This document shows, piece by piece, positions 23,301-30,452 of a stretch of DNA of 35,795 nucleotides. The notes under the pieces are model-generated. The model was not told the origin of the DNA, made no database searches, and saw nothing but the letters and a program-made list of their open reading frames with translations. A program made the position numbers and the translations under genes. This DNA comes from Rubricoccaceae bacterium (lineage in GTDB: Bacteria > Bacteroidota > Rhodothermia > Rhodothermales > Rubricoccaceae). The stretch covers positions 1 through 35,795 of the forward strand of contig JAYWIE010000465.1 in assembly GCA_043789155.1 (NCBI GenBank), read 5' to 3'. Position 1 is the stretch's first letter. Every line of letters begins with the position of its first letter.

Positions 23301-24095
23301 ATGGACACGCAGCTTTTCACGGGCCAGTACCCCGTCTCCGACGAGAACGTCGACTCCTACCGCGACAACGGCTACGTCCGCTTCGACGGCGTCCTCACGG
23401 CTGAGGAGGTCGAGGCCGTCCGCGAGGGCCTCGCGCGCGGCGCGGAGGCCCAGAAGGGCTTCTCTCGCGACCTCGCCGGCGGCGGCGACAAGATCGTCCA
23501 GATGGTCAACCTCTGGGAAATCGACGACGTCATGAAGGCGTACTCGACCAACCCGCGCCTCGCCGGCATGGCCCGCCGCCTGACCGGCAGCGACTCCGTC
23601 CGCCTCTTTCACGACCAGGCGCTCGTCAAGAAGCCCGGGCCGAGTGCGGCCTCGCCGTGGCACCAAGACCAGCCGTACTGGCCCTCGAAGGAGCCCGGCA
23701 TGCTCTCGTGCTGGATGGCCCTCGACGACGTCACCATCGACCGCGGGGCCATGCAGTTCGTGCCCGGCTCGCACGCGTGGGGCGAGTTCGAGCCCATCTC
23801 GTTCGCCGGCGACGGCCCCGAGCTGCGCTCGCTGATCTCGCCCGAGCAGGAGGCGCAGTGGACCGTCGACCCCATCGAGCTCAAGGCCGGCGACTGCACG
23901 TGGCACCACGGCCTGACCTTCCACTACACGCGGCCCAACACGACCGAGCACGTTCGCCGCGCGCTCGTCACCATCTACATCCCCGACGGCGTGACGTTCG
24001 CCGCCGACGACAAGATGGAGGGCCCGATGAGCGAGTCGATCACGAGCAGAAAGGGCGAGCCACTGCGCGGCACGCGCTTCCCCGAGCTCGCGTAA
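23301..24095 (+). CDS. Phytanoyl-CoA dioxygenase (PhyH) family Fe(II)/2-oxoglutarate dioxygenase
   Basis: 264 aa. N-terminus YRDNGYVRFDGVL, HxD iron motif in WHQDQPYWP, and a distal His in WHHGLTFHYTRPN. Confidence 0.75.
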   Translation: MDTQLFTGQYPVSDENVDSYRDNGYVRFDGVLTAEEVEAVREGLARGAEAQKGFSRDLAGGGDKIVQMVNLWEIDDVMKAYSTNPRLAGMARRLTGSDSVRLFHDQALVKKPGPSAASPWHQDQPYWPSKEPGMLSCWMALDDVTIDRGAMQFVPGSHAWGEFEPISFAGDGPELRSLISPEQEAQWTVDPIELKAGDCTWHHGLTFHYTRPNTTEHVRRALVTIYIPDGVTFAADDKMEGPMSESITSRKGEPLRGTRFPELA

Positions 24096-24139
24096 CCGCT
24101 TCCCCGACCTCGCGCCGACGAAGCGCGACCTGTGTGAGT

Positions 24140-24166
24140 ACGGAGCCGCCGCCCGGGCGGCTCCGT
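24140..24166 (+). terminator. Perfect 11-bp GC-rich hairpin (ACGGAGCCGCC-GCCCG-GGCGGCTCCGT)
   Basis: Verified as an exact reverse complement. It lies in the 100-nt gap between the PhyH gene and the GH88-like gene. There is no U-tract, so it could be a terminator, an attenuator or a processing/stability element. Confidence 0.4.
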
Positions 24167-24195
24167 CCAGCCCACCACCTTCCGCCGGACCTTCC

Positions 24196-25569
24196 GTGAT
24201 CGACCTCACGACCCGCCTGACGCCCGCCGACCTGCTCCCGAAACTCGACCGCTTCTGGGAGTACTCCGGCCAGAAGATCGACGCCATCGAGGCGGCGTTC
24301 GACCCGGACCGCGGCGCGCCCGTGTTCACCGTCGAGGGGCGGTACACGACGCGCGGCTGGACCGAGTGGACGCAGGGCTTCCAGGTCGGGGCCGCCCTGC
24401 TCCAGTTCGACGCCACCGGCGACGAGCGCTTCCTCGCCCTCGGCCGCGAGCGAACGCTCGCGCGCATGGCCCCGCACGTGACGCACGCCGGCGTCCACGA
24501 CCACGGCTTCAACAACGTCAGCACGTACGGCGCGCTGTGGCGGCTGATGAACGAAGGCCGCATCCCCGAGGACGCCTGGGAGCGCGCCTTCTACGAGATG
24601 GCGCTCAAGGCCTCCGGCGCGACGCAGGCCGGGCGCTGGACGGACCTCGGCGGCGGCGCGGGCTACGTCTACTCGTTCAACGGGCCGCAGTCGCTCTTCT
24701 CGGACACCATCCGCTCGATGCGCGCGCTCGCGCTCGCGCACCGCCTCGGGCACACGCTCGGCGGCGAGAACGACGTCCACCACTCGCTGCTCGGCCGGCT
24801 CCTCGCCCACGCCCGCGCGACGGCGGCCTACAACGTCTACTACGGCGAGGGCCGCGACGGCTACGACCTCCGCGGGCGCGTCGTCCACGAGAGCATCTTC
24901 AACCTCAACGACGGCCACTACCGCTGCCCGAGCACGCAGCAGGGCTACTCGCCTTTCACGACGTGGACGCGCGGCCTCGCGTGGGTCCTGCTCGGCTTCG
25001 CCGAAGAGCTGGAGTTCCTCGCCACGTGCGCGGACGCCGAGCTCGACCCGTTCGGCGGGCGCGACGCCCTCGCCGCGATGCTGCTGCGGGTGGCGACCGC
25101 CACGGCCGACTTCTACATCGAGCAGACGCCGACGTGCGGCGTGCCGTACTGGGACACCGGCGCTCCCAGCCTCCACCTTCTCGGCGACTACCTCGACCGG
25201 CCGGCGGACCCGACCAACGACCACGAGCCCGTCGACAGCTCGGCGGCGGCCATCGTCGCGCAGGGCATGGTCCGCCTCGGGCACCTGCTCGGCGACGATG
25301 ACGGCGTGCGGTACACGCAGGCCGGCCTGCGCATCCTCGACACGCTGCTCGGCGAGCCGTACCTCAGCACGGACCCGCAGCACCAGGGCCTCATTCTGCA
25401 CTCGGTCTACCACTGGCCGAACCGCTGGGACCACGTCCCGGCCGGGCACCGCGTCGCTTGCGGCGAGGCGACGATGTGGGGCGACTACCACGCGCGCGAG
25501 GCCGCGCTCACCGTGCAGCGCATCGCCCGCGACGAACCCTACTACACGTTCTTCTCGCCCCGACCCTAG
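24196..25569 (+). CDS. GH88/GH105-like unsaturated uronyl hydrolase family protein; no signal peptide
   Basis: 457 aa with a GTG start. Motifs resemble unsaturated glucuronyl/rhamnogalacturonyl hydrolases: GWTEWTQGFQVGAALL, VHDHGFNN, YWDTGAP and DSSAAAIVAQGMVRL. Confidence 0.6.
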   Translation: MIDLTTRLTPADLLPKLDRFWEYSGQKIDAIEAAFDPDRGAPVFTVEGRYTTRGWTEWTQGFQVGAALLQFDATGDERFLALGRERTLARMAPHVTHAGVHDHGFNNVSTYGALWRLMNEGRIPEDAWERAFYEMALKASGATQAGRWTDLGGGAGYVYSFNGPQSLFSDTIRSMRALALAHRLGHTLGGENDVHHSLLGRLLAHARATAAYNVYYGEGRDGYDLRGRVVHESIFNLNDGHYRCPSTQQGYSPFTTWTRGLAWVLLGFAEELEFLATCADAELDPFGGRDALAAMLLRVATATADFYIEQTPTCGVPYWDTGAPSLHLLGDYLDRPADPTNDHEPVDSSAAAIVAQGMVRLGHLLGDDDGVRYTQAGLRILDTLLGEPYLSTDPQHQGLILHSVYHWPNRWDHVPAGHRVACGEATMWGDYHAREAALTVQRIARDEPYYTFFSPRP

Positions 25570-25611
25570 CGCCTGCCGACCCTGCCGCAGCCTCGGACAA
25601 CCTCACCTTCC

Positions 25612-26460
25612 ATGCCGCCCCCGCTCCAGGACTTTTCCCGGCTCGCCATCCACACCGTGACGACGCGGCCGTGGGGGCTCGAGGAGGCCGTCGCCAACTA
25701 CGCGGCGGCCGGCATCGGCGGCATCACCGTGTGGCGCGACACCGTCGGTGAGCAGGGCCACGCGGCGACGGGGCGCATGATTCGGGACAGCGGCCTCGAA
25801 ATCGTCTCGTACGTCCGCGGCGGCTTCTTCGCCGACCCCGCGGCCGCCACGCGCCAGGAGGCCATCGACGACAACAAGCGGATGATCGACGAGGCGGCCG
25901 CGCTCGGCGCGCCGCTCATCGTCCTCGTCCCGGGCGCAGTGCCGGGGCAGCCGATGGACGTCTCGCGGGCGCAGATCCGCGACGGCCTCGCGGCCGTGCT
26001 CCCGCACGCTGAGGCCGCGGGCGTGCGGCTCGGCATCGAGCCGCTCCACCCCGTCTATGCCGACAGCCGCTCGGCCGTCAACACGCTCGCGCAGGCCAAC
26101 CGTCTCGCCGAGGCGCTCGCCTCGCCCGCCGTCGGCGTCGTCGTGGACGTGTACCATCTCTGGTGGGACGAGGCGCTGGAAACCGAGGTCGCGCGCTGCG
26201 GCCGCAACCGCAACCTGTTCGCCTTCCACGTCTGCGACTGGAAGACGCCCACCGAGCACCTCCTCCTCGACCGCGGCCTGATGGGCGACGGCTGCATCCC
26301 CCTGCGCCAGATCCGCGGCTGGGTCCAGGACGCCGGCTTCGACGGCTTCGTCGAGGTCGAGGTTTTCTCGGAGACCTACTGGAAGATGGACCAGCACGTC
26401 TATCTGCGCCGCATCCAGGACGCCTACCTCTCGCACCTGCTCACTCATTCTCCCGCCTGA
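25612..26460 (+). CDS. Sugar phosphate isomerase/epimerase (xylose isomerase-like TIM barrel)
   Basis: 282 aa. Motifs: GIGGITVWRD, LIVLVPG, LGIEPLHP, VVVDVYHLWWD, FHVCDW and VEVEVFS. Confidence 0.75.
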   Translation: MPPPLQDFSRLAIHTVTTRPWGLEEAVANYAAAGIGGITVWRDTVGEQGHAATGRMIRDSGLEIVSYVRGGFFADPAAATRQEAIDDNKRMIDEAAALGAPLIVLVPGAVPGQPMDVSRAQIRDGLAAVLPHAEAAGVRLGIEPLHPVYADSRSAVNTLAQANRLAEALASPAVGVVVDVYHLWWDEALETEVARCGRNRNLFAFHVCDWKTPTEHLLLDRGLMGDGCIPLRQIRGWVQDAGFDGFVEVEVFSETYWKMDQHVYLRRIQDAYLSHLLTHSPA

Positions 26461-26464
26461 CCAG

Positions 26465-27661
26465 ATGGATTCCACCACTCCTCCTTCGCCGGCCGCCGGC
26501 GAGAAGACCGTCCACCGCGTCGGCATCGTCATGAACGGTGTGACGGGCCGCATGGGCACCAACCAGCACCTCCTCCGGTCCATCGTCGCCATCCGCGAGC
26601 AGGGCGGCGTCGCCCTGAGCGACACGGCGGCGATCATGCCGGAGCCCGTCCTCGTCGGCCGCAACGCCGTCAAGCTCGCCGAGCTCGCCGAGCGCGCCGG
26701 CGGCCTGCCGTGGACGACCGACGTCGAGGAGGCTCTCGCGGACCCGAACAACACGGTCTACTTCGACGCTCAGACGACCGACCGCCGCGTCGCCGGCGTC
26801 CGGCGGGCCATCGAGCTCGGCAAGCACGTCTACTGCGAGAAGCCGACGGCGCTCACGACCGAGGACGCGCTCGACCTGTACCGCCGCGCCGAGGCGGCCG
26901 GCGTCAAGCACGGCGTCGTGCAGGACAAGCTCTGGCTGCCGGGCATCCTCAAGCTCCAGGCGCTGAAGGACTCGGGCTTCTTCGGCGACGTCCTCTCGGT
27001 CCGCGGCGAGTTCGGCTACTGGGTCTTCGAGGGCGACACCGTCCCGGCGCAGCGGCCGTCGTGGAACTATCGCGCCGAGGACGGCGGCGGCATCATCCTG
27101 GACATGCTCTGCCACTGGCGCTACGTGCTCGACACCGTCTTCGCGCCCGTCAGATCCGTCTCGTGCCTCGGCGCGACGCACGTCCCGACGCGCTGGGACG
27201 AGAACGGGAAGCCCTACAACGTCACGGCAGATGACAGCGCCTACGCCACGTTCGAGCTCGAGGGCGGCATCGTGGCGCACTTCAACTCGTCGTGGACGGT
27301 CCGCGTACGCCGCGACGACCTGCTGACGATTCAGGTCGACGGCACGAAGGGCTCGGCCGTCGCCGGCTTGCGCGAGTGCTGGACGCAGCCCTACGGCAAC
27401 ACGCCGAAGCCGGTCTGGAACCCGGACGTCCCGCAGCCGATCGACTTCCAGAGCGGCTGGCTGAAGGTCCCCGACCAGCGCGCGTACGACAACGCCTTCA
27501 AGGTGCAGTGGGAGCTGTTCCTGCGCCACGTCGTCGTGGGCGAGCCGTTCCGGTTCGGCCTCCTCGAGGGTGCCAAGGGCGTCCAGCTCGCCGAGGTGGG
27601 CCTGAAGTCGTGGGCCGACCGCTGCTGGACCGACGTCCCGGCCCTCAACGCCGATGCCTGA
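26465..27661 (+). CDS. Gfo/Idh/MocA family oxidoreductase (long ~400-aa subtype)
   Basis: 398 aa. Motifs: VGIVMNGVTGRMG and VYCEKP. It starts 4 nt after the TIM-barrel gene. Confidence 0.85.
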   Translation: MDSTTPPSPAAGEKTVHRVGIVMNGVTGRMGTNQHLLRSIVAIREQGGVALSDTAAIMPEPVLVGRNAVKLAELAERAGGLPWTTDVEEALADPNNTVYFDAQTTDRRVAGVRRAIELGKHVYCEKPTALTTEDALDLYRRAEAAGVKHGVVQDKLWLPGILKLQALKDSGFFGDVLSVRGEFGYWVFEGDTVPAQRPSWNYRAEDGGGIILDMLCHWRYVLDTVFAPVRSVSCLGATHVPTRWDENGKPYNVTADDSAYATFELEGGIVAHFNSSWTVRVRRDDLLTIQVDGTKGSAVAGLRECWTQPYGNTPKPVWNPDVPQPIDFQSGWLKVPDQRAYDNAFKVQWELFLRHVVVGEPFRFGLLEGAKGVQLAEVGLKSWADRCWTDVPALNADA

Positions 27662-28439
27662 GACTACCCCCTTGCGCGTTGCGCTCGTCACCGGCGGCGC
27701 GAGCGGCATCGGCCTCGGCATCTCGGACGCGCTCGCGCGCGAGGGCTTCGCCCTCGCCGTCTGCGGCCGCCGCCCCGAAGCAGACCTGGCCGCCGCCCTC
27801 GACGCACTCCGCGCCCACGGCACCGACGTCCTCTACGTCCCGGCCGACGTCGCCCGTCAGGCCGACCGCGAGCGCGCCCTCGCGGACGTCCGCGCCCACT
27901 TCGGGCGCCTCGACGTGCTCGTCAACAACGCGGGCGTCGGGCCGACGCAGCGCCTCGACCTGCTCGAGGCGACCGAGGAGAGCTTCGACCGCGTGCTCGG
28001 CATTAACCTCAAAGGGCCCTACTTCCTCACCCAGGCCGCAGCGCGCTGGATGGTCGGGCAGGCCGGGGCCGACGCAGCCTTCCGGGCCGCGATCATCAAC
28101 GTCGGCTCGATCTCGGCGACGATGGTGTCCGTCAACCGCGGCGAGTACTGCATCTCGAAGGCCGGGGTGGCGATGGCGACGCAGCTCTGGGCCGCGCGCC
28201 TCGGCGAGGTCGGCATCCCCGTCTACGAGGTGCGCCCCGGCATCGTCCACAGCGACATGACGGCCGGCGTGCGGCAGAAGTACGACGCGCTCCTCGAGGC
28301 GGGCCTCTTCGTGCAGCCGCGCTGGGGCGAGCCCGAAGACGTCGGCAGGGCCGTGGCGATGCTCGCCCGCGGCGACCTCGCCTACTCGACCGGCCAGGTC
28401 GTGATGGTCGACGGCGGCGTCTCGATGAGCCGGCTCTGA
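27654..28439 (+). CDS. Short-chain dehydrogenase/reductase (SDR) family oxidoreductase
   Basis: 261 aa. Motifs: TGGASGIG, NNAG and the catalytic YCISK. It overlaps the upstream gene by 8 nt. Confidence 0.9.
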   Translation: MPETTPLRVALVTGGASGIGLGISDALAREGFALAVCGRRPEADLAAALDALRAHGTDVLYVPADVARQADRERALADVRAHFGRLDVLVNNAGVGPTQRLDLLEATEESFDRVLGINLKGPYFLTQAAARWMVGQAGADAAFRAAIINVGSISATMVSVNRGEYCISKAGVAMATQLWAARLGEVGIPVYEVRPGIVHSDMTAGVRQKYDALLEAGLFVQPRWGEPEDVGRAVAMLARGDLAYSTGQVVMVDGGVSMSRL

Positions 28440-28557
28440 GGGTTGAGAGGTTACAAGGGTGAGGGGGAAGGCTGCTCCGTGGGGGCGTTGGCCACTCAAC
28501 CGCTGCCCTGCTCAACACTCGGCCTTCTCAATTCCCCACTTCCCACCCTCTCAACCC
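28440..28557 (+). repeat. Imperfect long inverted repeat spanning an intercistronic gap (G-rich 5' arm, C-rich 3' arm)
   Basis: GGGTTGAGAGG (28440..28450) is the exact complement of CCTCTCAACCC (28547..28557). An inner pair is GAAGGC (28467..28472) with GCCTTC (28522..28527). CTCAA(C/T) recurs four times in the 3' half. Confidence 0.6.
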
Positions 28558-28563
28558 GATCCA

Positions 28564-29325
28564 ATGCCTTCCACCGAAACACTCACCCCCGACCAGGTCG
28601 CGCAGTACCAGCGCGACGGGTTCCTCATCGTCCCGGACCTGCTGACGGCCTCGGAGGCGGAAGCGTTCGTGGACCACGCCGACGCGACCGACGCCTCCGG
28701 GTGGCGCGAGAGCCTCCGGCACCACACCGCCGACGCGTCGTGGAACGCCGTGGCGACGACGGACCGCGTCGTGTCCATCATCAAGCAGCTGTTCGAGTCC
28801 GCCGAGACGCCGAACATCGTCCAGACGATGTACATGGTCCGCCCGCCGGCGGGCGACGCGGTCGTCGGCGGCAAGGGCATCGCGCTGCACCAGGACCAGC
28901 ACTACCTCCCGACCGACCCGGCGGAGATGATCGCGTGCTGGATCGCGATGGAGGACACGGACCCCGGCAACGGCGGCCTGTGCGTCGTCCCCGGGAGCCA
29001 CACCGCAGGGCTGCTCCAGACCCACAGGAACGCCGACGACGAGGAGCACGACTCGTGGGAGACGGACCACCTCATGCGCGACCGCGACGGCCGCGAGTGG
29101 ACGCAGAGCTTCTACTCGTTCGACATCGAGGGCCTCGACGAGAGCACCATCACCTGCCTGACGATCCCGCGGGGCGCCGGCGTCTTCTTCGACAGCCACA
29201 CCATCCACGGCTCCTACGGCAACCGCTCGAAGGACCGCATCCGCCGGGCCTTCGCGACCCACTACGTCCCGCCGCACGCATGGGTCGCCCGTGCCGACGT
29301 GCAGGACGTCGTGCCCGCCGCATGA
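28564..29325 (+). CDS. Phytanoyl-CoA dioxygenase (PhyH) family Fe(II)/2-oxoglutarate dioxygenase
   Basis: Track ORF 28459..29325, with the start moved to ATG 28564 (MPSTETLTPDQVAQYQRDGFLIVPDLL). HxD motif in LHQDQHYLP and a distal His in HTIHGSYGNRS. Confidence 0.75.
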   Translation: MPSTETLTPDQVAQYQRDGFLIVPDLLTASEAEAFVDHADATDASGWRESLRHHTADASWNAVATTDRVVSIIKQLFESAETPNIVQTMYMVRPPAGDAVVGGKGIALHQDQHYLPTDPAEMIACWIAMEDTDPGNGGLCVVPGSHTAGLLQTHRNADDEEHDSWETDHLMRDRDGREWTQSFYSFDIEGLDESTITCLTIPRGAGVFFDSHTIHGSYGNRSKDRIRRAFATHYVPPHAWVARADVQDVVPAA

Positions 29326-29329
29326 GACG

Positions 29330-30370
29330 ATGACCCTCACCGAAGACGCCCCATTCGAGGTCCTCCGCGCGACGTGGCAGCCCGTCGGCCTCTCGCGGGC
29401 GCTCGCCGCCGGCGAGACGCTGGCGTACACGCTGCTCGGCGTCGAGCTCGTCGTGGCGCGCTTCGACGACGGTCTGCTCGCGACCGCCGACGCGTGCCCG
29501 CACAAGGGCATGCGCCTGAGCTGCGCGGGCGTGGCGAATGGCCGGCTGACATGCGCCTACCACGGCTGGCAGTTCGACCGGTCGGGCCGGTGCGTCGGCG
29601 TGCCGTCTCTGCTGGACCCGCCGCAGCGGCTGCTCGACCATGCCGCGCTCACGCCGTTCGCCGTCCAGGAGCGCTACGGCATGATCTGGGTGCGCCTCGA
29701 CGCCGACGAGGCGGCACCGCTGCCCGGCCTCCCTGAGTTCGACGGGGCGGACGGCTGGGACGTGCTCGTCGCCGAGCCGATGGCGTTCGCGTGCGGCTTC
29801 CGGCGCGAGATCGAGAACTTCCTCGACATGACGCACTTCGCCTTCGCCCACGGCACGACGCTCGGCGCCGCGGCCGACGCCGTGATGCCGCCGATGGAGA
29901 CCGCACGCCTACCCGACGGTTTCGAGATGCGCGCGCCGTTCCCGGCTCTCGCGGTGCCCGGCATCACGCCAGGCAAGCTCCAGAGCGCGCACCAGCGCCA
30001 CCAGCGCGGACACCTGCCCAACGTCACCACCGTCCGCCAGACGTTCGGCGACGGCGACGAGCGCCTGGTCCTCCACGTCCCGAGCCCCAACACGCGGGAG
30101 AGCTGCACCGTCTTCTGGGCCGTCGCCCAGCCGGCCGGCTTCGACGGCCCGGCGCTCGCCGACCAGGTCGCCTTCTCGACGTCCGTCCTCGAGGAGGACC
30201 GCTTCATGTGCGAGCGGCAGGTCCCCCGCGAGGTGCCCATCGACCCGGCGCGCGGCGGCTGGGGCGTGCTCGTCTCGCCCGGCGACACCCTGGCCACCCT
30301 GTTCCAGAAGCAGTTCCGCGCCTTCCTGACTGCCCGCCTCGAGGCGCGGAAAGAAGGGCCAGGGGCATGA
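29330..30370 (+). CDS. Rieske [2Fe-2S] non-heme iron oxygenase, alpha-subunit/VanA-like
   Basis: Starts at ATG 29330 (MTLTEDAPF). Rieske motif CPHKG-x16-CAYHGW. Mononuclear iron motif in NFLDMTHFAFAHG (D-x2-H-x4-H). Confidence 0.85.
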   Translation: MTLTEDAPFEVLRATWQPVGLSRALAAGETLAYTLLGVELVVARFDDGLLATADACPHKGMRLSCAGVANGRLTCAYHGWQFDRSGRCVGVPSLLDPPQRLLDHAALTPFAVQERYGMIWVRLDADEAAPLPGLPEFDGADGWDVLVAEPMAFACGFRREIENFLDMTHFAFAHGTTLGAAADAVMPPMETARLPDGFEMRAPFPALAVPGITPGKLQSAHQRHQRGHLPNVTTVRQTFGDGDERLVLHVPSPNTRESCTVFWAVAQPAGFDGPALADQVAFSTSVLEEDRFMCERQVPREVPIDPARGGWGVLVSPGDTLATLFQKQFRAFLTARLEARKEGPGA

Positions 30371-30452
30371 GGCACCCGGTATGAGGCAACGGGCATGAGT
30401 GGAAGCCCCCATGCCCCGTTCCTTCACGATTCCACATCCAACCCTCTCCGAC

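Noticed and set aside
22104-24563. 819-aa minus-strand ORF spanning the BNR, PhyH and GH88-like genes
   Set aside because: It crosses three well-supported plus-strand genes and their intergenic gaps. Its composition is shadow-like and it has no motifs.
28440-28485. G-quadruplex potential from four G-runs in the 5' arm of the intercistronic element
   Set aside because: The loops between runs would be 13-14 nt. The complementary C-rich arm nearby makes duplex or hairpin formation more likely. I kept this only as a note under the palindrome finding.
30366-30399. Reiterated ATGAGGCA / ATGAG motif and a 5-codon mini-ORF (ATG 30381, MRQRA-stop) before the MetE-like gene as a leader peptide
   Set aside because: It is very short, sits in a different frame context, and has no obvious attenuator structure beyond a GGGGCATG/CATGCCCC pair. 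I cannot distinguish it from chance without comparative data.
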